A DNA stretch of 64,000 nt from Octopus vulgaris (Eukaryota), in contig OX597843.1 of NCBI GenBank assembly GCA_951406725.2, positions 15,314,001 through 15,378,000 of the forward strand, in the 5' to 3' direction. A program made the position numbers and the translations under genes. The notes beneath the pieces were generated by a model that saw nothing but the letters and a program-made list of their open reading frames with translations, ran no database searches and was not told the origin of the DNA. This document shows, piece by piece, positions 11,682 to 24,007 of the stretch. Position 1 is the stretch's first letter; every line of letters starts with the position of its first letter.

Positions 11682-13218
11682 CATCATCATCATCATCATT
11701 TAGCGTCCGCTTTCCATGCTAGCATAGGTTGGACGGTTCAACTGGGGTCTGGGAAGCCAGGAGGCTGCACCAGGCCCAGTCAGATCTGGCAGTGTTTCTA
11801 CGGCTGGATGCCCTTCCTAACGCCAACCACTCCGTGAGTGTAGTGGGTGCTTTTACGTGCCACCTGCACAGGTGCCAGACAGAGCTGGCAAACGGCCACG
11901 AACGGATGGTGCTTTTACGTGTCACCGGCACGGGGCCAGGCGATGCTGGCAACAGACACGAACGGATGGTGCTTTCACGTGCCACCGACACGGGGCCAGA
12001 CAGAGCTGGCAAACGGCCACGAACGGATGGTGCTTTTACGTGTCACCGGCACGGGAGCCAAGCGATGCTGGCAACGGACACGCACGGATGGTGCTTTCAC
12101 GTGCCACCGACACGGGGCCAGACAGAGCTGGCAAACGGCCACAAACGGATGGTGCTTTTACGTGTCACCGGCACGGGGGCCAGGCGATGCTGGCAACGGA
12201 CACGAACGGATGGTGCTTTTACGTGCCACCGACACGGGGGCCAGGCGATGCTGGCAACGGACACGAACGGATGGTGCTTTTACGTGCCACCGACACGGGG
12301 CCAGACAGAGCTGGCAAACAGCCATGAACGGATGGTGCTTTTACGTGTCACCGGCACGGGGGCCAGGCGATGCTGGCAACGGACACGAACAGATGGTGCT
12401 TTTACGTGCCACCGACACAGGGCCAGACAGAGCTGGCAAACAGCCACGAACGGATGGTGCTTTTATGTGTCACCGGCACGGGGGCCAGGCGATGCTGGCA
12501 ACGGACACGAACGGATGGTGCTTTTACGTGTCACCGGCACGGGGCCAGGCGATGCTGGCAACGGACACGAACGGATGATGCTTTTACGTGCCACCGACAC
12601 GGGGCCAGACAGAGCTGGCAAACAGCCACGAACGGATGGTGCTTTTACGTGTCACCGGCACGGGGGCCAGGCGATGCTGGCAAACGGCCACGAACGGATG
12701 GTGCTTTTACGTGCCACCGACACGGGGCCAGGCGATGCTGGCAACGGACACGAACGGATGATGCTTTTACGTGTCACCGGCATGGGGGCCAGGCGATGCT
12801 GGCAAACGGCCACGAATGGATGGTGCCTTTACGTGTCACCGGCACGGGGGCCAGGCGATGCTGGCAACGGACACGAACGGATGGTGCTTTTACGTGCCAC
12901 CGACACGGGGCCAGACAGAGCTGGCAAACGGCCACGAACGGATGGTGCCTTTACGTGTCACCGGCACGGGGGCCAGGCGATGCTGGCAACGGACACGAAC
13001 GGATGGTGCTTTTTACGTGCCACCGACACGGGGCCAGACAGAGCTGGCAAACGGCCACGCACGGATGGTGCTTTTACGTGCCACCGACACGGGGCCAGAC
13101 AGAGCTGGCAAACGGCCACGAACGGATGGTGCTTTTACGTGTCACCGGCACGGGGGCCAGGCAATGCTGGTAACGGACACGCACGGATGGTGCTTTTACA
13201 TGCCACCGACACGGGGCC
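11682..13218 (-). mobile_element. RTE 3'UTR-derived element with a ~23-unit 59/60-bp VNTR (11846-13218)
   Basis: (CAT)n tail, conserved ggatgcccttcctaacgccaaccactc block, alternating A/B units. Confidence 0.9.
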
Positions 13219-13387
13219 ATATATATATACCCAAGTAAGCACATAAACGTGAAACAAGGTGGGAAAAAAATAGTACTCAAACACCAGAGATAGAGTAATA
13301 TACTTTATAATAAAAGCTGCAAAAAACATCACAAAAATTGCTACTCGGAGTTTCATGTTCCCGTTTGTCAGGCCTTGATCACGTGTG

Positions 13388-13652
<265 letters not shown>

Positions 13653-13788
13653 CAACTCATGCCAGCATGGAAAATAGATGTTAAGTGGTGATGATATAAA
13701 TATTACAGGACTAAACTCTAGATACAATAAAAGGGAGAAAACAAATTTTGAAATGGGGGGAAGTAAACAAATCTGAAGCGTTACGTAC

Positions 13789-13869
13789 CTTGATATGGAA
13801 AGAGTGTTCAAGTGTCGGACAAATGCGAGTGGACAAAGGAAAAACAGGAGAATCGCCAGACATCCAACT
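13789..13869 (-). CDS. Transporter exon D (81 nt): VGCLAILLFFLCPLAFVRHLNTLSIS-S
   Basis: Acceptor ttctctcttgtgtgtttaccag and donor AG|gtacgt. Hydrophobic helix plus the family RxLxxL motif; phases 2/2. Confidence 0.92.
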
Positions 13870-14062
13870 CTGGTAAACACACAAGAGAGAATACATTACA
13901 CACATGGATATATATATATATATATAATAATAATAATCATAATAATAATATGAGGGAATATTATTCCAAACTTATAGGGAAAAATTCAATTTAGAAATAC
14001 TAAATCAATTTTCACAAAATATAATTTATATAAATTAGAAAAAAAACGACCTTTTATCAATT

Positions 14063-14101
<39 letters not shown>

Positions 14102-14505
14102 TATATATGCATAAATTACTTTTGTATACATAAATATATACATCGATCTGTGATTTGCAGGGGCAAACATGGTAGTGCGGTTAACAAGTTTTGCTCCCCA
14201 ACCAGATGGTTCCAGGTTCAGTCCCACTGTGCAGCAACTTGGGAGTTTTCTACTAAAGCCTCAAGCTGATCAATGTCTTGTGAGTGAATTTGGTTGATAG
14301 AAACTTTGTGGAAGCCCCTCGGGTATGTGTACGTGTGTATATACATATACATATATATATATAGAGAGAGGGGGGGGGCGATGTCATCAGGAATTCATAC
14401 ATCAGAAAAAGAAAGAAACTCTAAAGTAAGTGAGTAGTAATCTATTTCTTTTGGGAAATTAAGTTAGAACAACCATTGGTTTCACACTTATAAAGCACTT
14501 AGCTG

Positions 14506-14580
14506 TGTCGGCGACTCGCCCAGCCACTGAGGTCTGATGAGTCACCTATACCGACAAGTGACTATACTGGTCACTCTGTG
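14506..14580 (+). ncRNA. Degenerate type I hammerhead fold with possible loop-II pseudoknot
   Basis: CUGAUGA-GUCAC(12 nt)GUGAC, then tatac in place of GAAAC, then UG-GUC. Loop sequence ccgaca pairs with upstream tgtcgg. Confidence 0.45.
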
Positions 14581-15892
14581 ACCAGCCGTAACTTTAAGCT
14601 TCCTAAAACAGATATATATGTGGGACACAAAACTCTACTTGTGAAGACCTGTTGAGGCAAGTGAGGATCAGAATCGAAATCGATCAATGGAAATTGCAGA
14701 TGTGTTACCAGTGCCGGTGGCATGTAAGAGAACCTTCCGTTTCGCGACCGTTGCCAGCACCGCCCCGTTTCGTGTCCGTTGCCAGCCTCGCCTGGCCCTC
14801 GTGCCGGTGGCACATAAAAAGCACCATCCGTTCGTGGCCGTTTGCCAGCTCTGTCTGGCACCTGTGCGGGTGGCACGTAAAAAGCACCCACTACACTCAT
14901 GGAGTGGTTGGCGTTAGGAAGGGCATCCAGCCGTAGAAACACTGCCAGATCTGACTGGGCCTGATGAAGCCTTCTGACTTCACAGACCCCAGTAAAACCG
15001 TCCAACCCATGCTAGCATGGAAAGCGGACGCTAAATGATGATGATGATGATGATATATACATACACACATATACACACTGTATGCGTTCAATGCAAATGG
15101 TTTTGTTATATGTTGCCATATTTTACAATGCTGTAAATAATAATTTATGATTTTTATATCAGCTCAAAGCTTCTGGTGATCACCATGCAATGACTAAGGA
15201 TGTGAGTTCGAGTCCCACGTAAATAGAAAAGCCTTCCTTTTTCTGTTGAGGGCTTTCTTCCTTAGTCATTGCACGGTGATCACCAGAAGCCTAAAGCTGA
15301 TATAAAAATACCATTATTAATATCATATATATATATATCATCATCATCATCATCGTTTAACGTCCGCTTTCCATGGGTTGATATATATATATTATAGGTG
15401 CAGGAGTGGCTGTGTGGTAAGTAGCTTGTTTACCAACCACATGGTTCCGGGTTCAGTCCCACTGCGTGGCACCTTGGGCAAGTGTCTTCTACTATAGCCT
15501 CGGGCCGACCGAAGCCGGATTTGGTAGACGGAAACTGAAAGAAGCCTGTCGTGTGTTTGTGTTTGTCCCCCCACCATCATTTGACAATTGATGTTGGTGT
15601 GTCTACGTCCCCATAACTTAGCAGTTCGGTAAAAGAGACTGATAGAATAAGTACTCAGCTTACAAAGAATAAGTCCTGGGGTCAATTTGTTCAAATGACT
15701 GAAACAGATAAAAGAATATATATATCACAGTATAGACCATATCATCAGAAGTTGTTGTACACTGCTGATCACTATGCACTTCTTTGCATTGTTATAAGTT
15801 TTGAATTGTGCCATTCTGCTAGTTAGACAGTATGGAGTAGGTGGGAGAAACCAGAACTGGTCAGCCTGAACATAAAACAGGTAGAATTTTCT

Positions 15893-16222
15893 TGTCAGGT
15901 CAGGTCTGTTGTATGCAGCATCGGATCCTACTACTGGTAAACTGTAAACCAGTACAACCTGTGTCAGTGGGGTAGAAAGGGCTCCTTAGCCGTAGTGAAG
16001 GCAATCTATCTAGGGAGATAACCTTACAATAAATCACTGGGTCCGTAGCTTAGAAATACTGGGTTGACGTCCAGCGGGAACAGCTTTGTTTCATGGAGGA
16101 GGAAAGATCTTCTTTAGTACTTGGTTGTACAATGCTTTCCAATGTGTAGTAGTGGTGCGCGCACACATTATTAGCCATTTGAAAAGACTATAAGTCTCGA
16201 CCACGGTCGAACAATGATGATG
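15893..16222 (+). mobile_element. 330-bp non-autonomous RTE-derived element
   Basis: TSD agaattttct at 15883-15892 and 16223-16232. Ends in tctcgaccacggtcgaacaatgatgatg, matching the 3' end of the array-bearing LINEs. Confidence 0.8.
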
Positions 16223-17251
16223 AGAATTTTCTGGCTCAGGTGTGACTCAGGTATATGCGGGAGCATTAAGCTTTTAACATTCAGAGTATTCTGTCAAATG
16301 TAATCCTTATTTACTCACATCGTTTTCAATTAATTCTGGATTATCTCATAGCTTCAAGATTTTCATAATGTGAAACACATTGTAGGGTAGGTGTGAGAGG
16401 CTGGATCTGGCCAGCTTCAACATAAAACACGCAAAACATTTGGCAGCTTTCAGATTTCTCCGTGAAATTGATTGTGCTTCTTTTATTTATTTTAGTCATT
16501 TGACTGTGGCCATGCTGGAGTCGAGCAAATCAACTTATTCTTTGCAAGCTGAGTACTTATTCTATTGGTTCTCTTTTGCCGAACCGCTAAGTTACGGGGA
16601 CGTAAACACACCAACATCAATTGTCAAATGATGGTGGGGGGACAAAAACAGACACACACACATACATATATATACATACGACGGGCTTCTTTCAGTTTCC
16701 GTTTACCAAATCCACTCACAAGACTTTGGTCGGCCCGAGGCGAAAGTAGAAGACACTTGCCCAAGGTGCCATGCAGTGGGACTGAACCTGGAATCATGTG
16801 GTTGGTAAGCAAGCTACTTACCACACAGCCATTCCTGCACCTATTCACATAGTTTTGAATTAATCAATTATTTATTATCTCATAGCTTTTTCATTGCCCT
16901 GCTTCTTTATTTGTAGAATGATATGACTAGAATAGGTGTGTGAGGTCACACCTGGCCAGTTTGATCATAAAACAAGGGCCAAATATAGGGCCAAATGTAG
17001 CTGGTTTAAATGCTAAAAGACTAACCCTTTTGCACATTCAGATTATTCTGTCAAATGTAATCCTTACTTATCCACATTGTTTTGAATTAATCCTGGATTA
17101 TCTCGAAGCTTTGTGATTTTGATGATGTGATTATTTTGAGAATGATATTGTAGAGGGGAAGTGTGAGAGGTGAGAGGTGGCTGGTTCCAACACAAACCAG
17201 GTAGAATATTTGGGCTGGGCATGGCGCGTTCCGATGGAGCCACCAAACTTA

Positions 17252-17490
17252 AACGAGATGATAGAATAGATATATTAGCACCAAAATTCCCCTCTACAAT
17301 CATGAAAGACCATAAATCCAATTTCCATAGCAACCCATCTGACTCATAGACCCTTCGAAACCAGGCTTAAGCATTATTAGTGGAAGAACCAGAGACAAAT
17401 TCCCAGCAAGAGTAAAAGCAGATTTGATATTACCGTTCTGTAGTAACACATACGAATAGACAGGTTTAGGAAGATTCCCCAAGAAATATA
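17252..17490 (+). pseudogene. Decayed Penelope-like reverse transcriptase fragment
   Basis: Reads ...IDILAPKFPSTIMKDHKSNFHSNP..., resembling the ITLKDHKxNFxxNP motif of PLE RTs; many stops. Confidence 0.55.
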
Positions 17491-17814
17491 TATACAGGGG
17501 CGTGGGGGGGTATGTTCCTCTGTTATATTCTAACCTTTCGTCATTCGATACAAGCTCACCTCCCCCAATGTCCCCTCCCCACTCAAAGATCCTTTGTCTT
17601 GCAAGTTATTTGGTGACCCTGCCAGTGCTGGAGCCACATAAAACCCATCCAGTCCTCCCTGCAGGGTGGTTGGTATTAGGAAGATAATGCAACCGTAAAA
17701 CCCCTTCCAAAACAGACACAGTAGCCCGAGGTAGTCTTTTACTTGGCCAGTTCCTGTCAAACCATCCAATCCATGCCAGCATGGAAGGTAGATGTTAAAC
17801 GGTGACGATGACGA

Positions 17815-17862
<48 letters not shown>

Positions 17863-18079
17863 TTTCTCTAATTCCCTTTTTTCTCCCCATCACCATTTTC
17901 TATGTCTGTCTGTTTCTCTCTTTCTCCTGTTCTCTCTCTCCCCCTCTTTCTCTCTTCTGAGAGATCCACAACCAGTAGAACTGAAAAAAGCATCACAACT
18001 ATTGGTGAGTTATGAGAGGATGCGAAGACTAAATATGGCTCAGATCAGTCCATTATTTGGACTGAAGATTTGGGAATGA

Positions 18080-18810
18080 GACACGTGTCTACCAAATTTG
18101 TGCCAAAACTGCTTTCAACTGACACTCAGACCTCCTTGACTGTTTCAAGAACAATGAAAACTTTTTGAAAATGGTCATAACGGGTGGTGAATCTTGGATC
18201 TATAGCTATGACCCCAAAACAAATGCTCAGTCTTCGCAGTGGAAGACTCCAACCTCTCTGAGACAGAGAAAAGCAGGAATGACTAAGACACTGCTGACCG
18301 TTTTCTTTGACTACAAGGGCATTGTCCATCATGAGTATGCTCCAGCTGGTCAGACAGTAAACAAGGAGTATTACCGTGATGTTTTACTGGATGCTGGTCG
18401 TTGGAAAAGGCCACAATTGCATGTGTCCGGTGATTGGCATTTGCACCGTGACAACGCACCTGCCCATTCAGCAGCAGTTTTTGGCCAGGCACAGCATTGC
18501 CCCAGGTCCGACAGCCACCGTATTCCCCAGATCGCATCCCTCATGATGTTTTCCTCTTCCCAAAAATCAAATCTCGCTTGAGAGGCAGAAGATCTCAGGA
18601 TATCAAAGAAATCAAAGTGAGTGTGATGAGGCAGCTGCTGATTATTCCAGAAAACAAGTTCCAGGAATGCTTCCATTAACGGAAACAGCACTGGATTAAG
18701 TGTGTGGCTTCCGAAGAGGACCACTTGGAAGGAGATGAAATGCCAAATTGGTACGTGTTGTAGTTTTGTTTTTATAGCACCGGTCTGGATACTTATTGAT
18801 CAGACCTCAT
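18080..18810 (+). mobile_element. Degenerate mariner transposon (3' half)
   Basis: Motifs ITGGESW(IY)YDP, HRDNAPAH and QPPYSPD across frameshifts; terminal ggatacttattgatcagacctc. Confidence 0.9.
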
Positions 18811-19228
18811 TTATATATATATATATTATATAAAATCCATTCTGTCTGTCTGTGTGTCTTCTTGGATATCGGGCATCCTCCATCTGATTGTGCTCAAATT
18901 TGATATGTAGATACCAACGGTATCAGGGCGTATATAAGTCTTGAAAAAATTACAAAAATCAATTGTGTTCTCCCAGTCAACAGCCTTATCATTACTGGTA
19001 CTTTAAACTCTTCGGTTGCATATTTGTGTGAATAAAATCGTTTTTCTTTGGAATGGATAAAAAGTCTATCTTTATTTCTTCTTTTGCTGGTGTCTCAAAT
19101 TTAGGTTAAATCAATGTTTCTCAAAGAGGAGGCCTATGGGACGGTCAGACAAGTTGTTTTGAGAAAATTTGGTTTAAATGTTTGACAACTCAGCACCATC
19201 CATTGGACGGGGGGGAGGCATTTTGCTC

Positions 19229-19271
<43 letters not shown>

Positions 19272-20719
19272 ATACCACAGGCTTCTGTTTAGCAAATCTA
19301 CTCACAAGTTTTGACTGGCTTGTACCTGCAATCACTTAGTTGTGAAGTAATCCACCTGATCACACAGCCAGTGTGTGTGTGTGTGTGTATTCACAGGCGA
19401 ACATAAAAACAAGTTCAGATATAAAAGTACAACTGGATGGCAGCAGATACAAATAAACAAACAAACATACGTATGTATACACATACATATACACACATCT
19501 TATAATAATTCTGCTTGTTACTCTGTTACTTAGCCCATCTGTAACACTTTCATGTGATTAGCTAAAGTGGGGAAGGAGGAGATGAGGAGAAGGGGAGATG
19601 AGGAAGAGGGGGAAGATGAGGAGAAGGAGGGGGAGATGAGGAGGATAGGAGGAGACGGAGTTGAGGAGGAGGGGGTGATAGTGGTGAGTGAAATGTGTAA
19701 TTCTTTTTTTTTTTAACTAAATTTCTTTCTCCGATATTTAGCCTGTCAGTAAAGGGAAAGGCGAAGAGTGAAGGGAAAAGGAGAAAAATAGAGTAAGGCA
19801 AAGAGTGAAGGGAAAAGGAGAAAAATAGGCAAAGAGTGAAGGAGAGTGCTGTGTATGAAGTCCTTGAAATTGTGTATAAAATATATAAAGGGCATTAAGT
19901 AATTAGCGTATTCCAATTTGCTCCCCTTTTTAGTGATTAGCAGAAGAGCAACACAGGCCGTGCTTTGGGTTGTTTGGATAGTTTTCAAATGGAACCCAAA
20001 AGGTTCCATTCTGCGAAATATTCATGAGTCCTGCCAGGACATACATAAATTAAACACATAAATAGAGAAATGGCGAGTGGTGACCCCTTCGGTCAGACAC
20101 TGACAATGGGTTTGCACCTAGAGAGTTACCCTCTGAGGCACAAGTCTGAGCAAGGTTGTTTCATGGAAGACCAGCAGTCGCCCATGCATACCGGCCTCCC
20201 CTCTGCACGTCACCGATGTTGTCCAAGGGAAAGGCAAAGGGGCCGATACAGCTTGGCACCTGTGACGTCGCAACTCATTTTTACAGCTGAGTGAACTGGA
20301 GCAACGTGAAATAAAGTGTCTTGCTCAAGAACACAACACGCAGCCCGGTCCGGGATTCAAGCTCACAACCTCACGATCGTAAGCTCGATGCTCTAACCAG
20401 TGAGCCACGCCCCTTCACATAGAGACACACACACACACATATATATATATATACAAATACACATATATATACACACACTACATACATATATACATACATG
20501 CACACAGATGTACACACATTCATAAATAGACAAACATACCTGCACAATTACATGCACACATATATACACATACATAAACACATACACATGCACACACACA
20601 CAACAAAAAATATAAACCTGGTGTTGACTGTCAGCAACTCTGAAAGGAAAGGGGAGATAATTGCAAATATAAAAATTAATTTCTAAAACTTTATATATTT
20701 AGGGCAAAGAAAACGTTGC

Positions 20720-20953
20720 ATTGTTATTATGCAAAAGTGTCGTAAGTCCAGAAAACAAAAAAAATAATTTCACCATTCCATAGCAAAACCGTTGTACTAC
20801 ACTTTGGCAATTTCTGATATTTTGGCATCAAAAGCAGCTGGAGATACGACAGTTTGAACAAAAGAACTGGCTATTGCAAGCAAAAGTAAATATTGAAAAA
20901 AAAAACGCATTTTGCCAAATTTGGACTCACAACAGTTTTACATGATAACAATG
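20720..20953. mobile_element. MITE-like element with ~32-bp imperfect TIRs
   Basis: cattgttattatgcaaaagtgtcgtaagtcca versus tggactcacaacagttttacatgataacaatg. Confidence 0.55.
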
Positions 20954-23238
20954 ATTAGATCTTCATTTCTTTGTAATCAAGGGGAACAACTACAGAGATG
21001 TTTCAGCCTGTTTTGACATCATCAACACAGCGTAGTCTAATAAAGAGTGAATAATTAATCAGGTGACAAAGATCTTACAGGTATGGAAAAACTTAATTGT
21101 CATAATCAAATAGGCCAATAGCATTAATTGGGTTAGGTAAATTAAAGAGTGAGTTGTGTAATGAATGGAATAGGAAAACCAAAGCATACTTTGAACATGC
21201 AGAAATGGATGATGCTCCAGCATGGCATCAACTATAATGGTTAGGGGAAATAGAAGACCATAACATCATCTCCTTCTCTCTCTCTTTCTCTCATACACAC
21301 ACACACACACACATACACATGCGTACGCACATGCAAAGACTGAACATGCAGCATGCAGGGAGAATGCAACATGAAGGACCAAATACAAAGGGACAGGAGA
21401 GGGAGGAGGGATTGGGGTAGAGGTGATGACGACAGTGGTGGTGGTGGTGGTGGTGGTGGAGCCCATGGCAGTGGTGATGTTGATGGTGGTGGTGGCAGTG
21501 GTGATGATGATGGTGATGTAAGTAGTGGTGGTTGCAGTGGCAGTGGTGGTACGATGTGGTATACTGTTGCTGAGCTCTCTGGTCAAAGCCCTTCCAACTG
21601 TGACCACCCGGTTTCTTTGCATATCTTTGTCTATGTGGTTCAATATCTGTTTTGTTTAACTAAATTATTATGTTATATGCTTTAATAATAATAATAATAA
21701 TCCTTTCTACTAGGTCTGAAATTGGGGGGGGGATAAGGCGATTACATCGACCCCAGTGCACTGGTACTTATTTTATCAACCCCAAGAGGACAAAAGGCAA
21801 AGATGACCCTGGCAGAATTTGAACTCAGAACCTTAAGACAGACAAAATGCCGCTAAGCATTTTGCCCAGTGTGCTAACAATTCTGCCAGCTCACTGCCTT
21901 AAGAATAATAAAAATAACCCTTTCCACTAAAAGTACAAAGTCTGAAATCATGCGGTAGGGGACTAGTCAATTACATCGACCCCATTATTTTACTGGTATT
22001 TAATTTATTCACCTTCCCCAAAAGAATGAAAGGCAAAGTCAACCCTGGCGGAATTTGAACTCAGAACCCAAAGACAGACAAAATACAGCTAAACGTTTCA
22101 CCCAATTTGCTAACGATTCTGCCAGATCACTGCCTTAATTAATAATATTAATAATAATAATTGTTTTTCTTATTTATGGTAGGAGGCCATCAGTTTTAAG
22201 GAGAGGGGACCAGTTGGTTACATCAACCCCAGTAACTGAGGGCTACTTATTTCATCAACTTCGAAAGGATGAAAGGTGAAGTTGATGAAAGGCAGGATTT
22301 GAACTCAGGGAAAAAAAATGCCAAAAAAGCATTTTGTCTGATGCTCCAACAATTCTGCCAAACAATAACAACGATGATGATGATGATGATGATGATGATT
22401 ATAATACACTGTCTTGCACACTTACAGGCTTGTCCTTCCAGGCGATGGTGCTGTGCCAGTGGCATATAGAAAGCAGCCAGCAAATTCTGTTAAGGGGTTG
22501 GCATTAGGAAGGGCATCCAGCCATAGAAAGCCAGAACAGACAGTTGGGAGTTTGGCCAGCTCCATGTCAAACCGTCCAACCCATGCCAGCATGGAAGACA
22601 GATGCTAAAGGATGATGGCGGTGGTGGTGGTAGTTGGCAATGATGATGATGATGATGATGATGATGACACCAATGTTGCTTGTGCTCATAATGGTGTTGA
22701 TGATGATGATGATGACGACAACAAGGATGACGACAGTGATGGGGGGTCGACCGAGGAAGACATGGGATGAAGTGGTGAGAAAGGATCTTCAGACGCTGGG
22801 CCTCACTGAGGAAACGACAAGGGACTGGGTGGGGCTGTGGTGATTTGCTGCACTTGAGAAGACACTGCTGTCCAGGCATACAGGCTTGTCCATTGCAGGG
22901 GTCAATTCCACATAAAGGGGTTGGTGCCACAGTGTTGCATTTACATACCCGTGCCAGTGGCATGTAAGAAGCACCCAGTGCCACTCTGTAAAGTGGTTGG
23001 CATTAGGAAGGGCATAGAAACCATGCCACAGCAGACAATCTGGAGTGTGGACAGCTCCCCTGCTGACCAGACCCTGCAAAACTATCCAGCCTACCCCACC
23101 CTGGAGACTGGATGTTAAATGATGATGGAGACAGTGTTAATACTCAATAAACAAACAAGGTGGGTTTCTTTGTTTTCCTTTCTTTTTCTTGGAAGACAAA
23201 CACAATCACCAACAAGAAAAACTTGAAACATGCCAAGC

Positions 23239-23297
<59 letters not shown>

Positions 23298-23765
23298 GTG
23301 TCGATACTGTTACCTGAACGCAGATCTGATTTCTAACTGAAATGAGCTCCTAAAGTTCAAATACGGAAAGCAGGCAATAATTGGTTACAATTAAATGGTT
23401 TAAAAATAATTAATACATACATGGTTAATTATCAATTTATGCTTATTAGGCATATTGCTGTTGTTGTTGTTATTGTTGTTGATGTGGTTGTAAATGGCTA
23501 TTTTTTTTTTATAATTGCATTTGTCTCTTGTTGTATGTAATGTGAAGTGTGATGGTATCCAGCAGAATGCATCTGTATGTATATTGCAGCCATGCTGGAG
23601 CACCACCTTGAAGGGGTTTAGTTGAACAATATGACCCAGGACTTATTCCATGTAAGCCTAGCACTTACTCTATCAGTCTCTTTTGCTGGACCACTAGGTT
23701 ACAGGGACATAAACACACCAAGCACCAAGCAGTGACGGAGGGGGCGAGAATCAGACACACATATT

Positions 23766-23813
<48 letters not shown>

Positions 23814-23951
23814 GGTCCCGGGTTGAGTCGGGGTTAACCAGTAAATAAGGTACTCAATACATAGCAGAGTAAAGTAATTTATTTTATAGAAGGAGCTTCT
23901 ACAGGACTAGAACTGTTTCATAGAAGCTCCTTCTGAATAAAATAGTCCTGT

Positions 23952-24007
<56 letters not shown>

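Noticed and set aside
11729-13246. 505-aa ORF (and similar ORFs at 46808-47747 and 38131-38679)
   Set aside because: Stop-poor VNTR open in several frames; no protein-like signal.
20989-21036. Hammerhead-like TTGATGA...GAAAC on the minus strand
   Set aside because: Too degenerate to support without a consensus.
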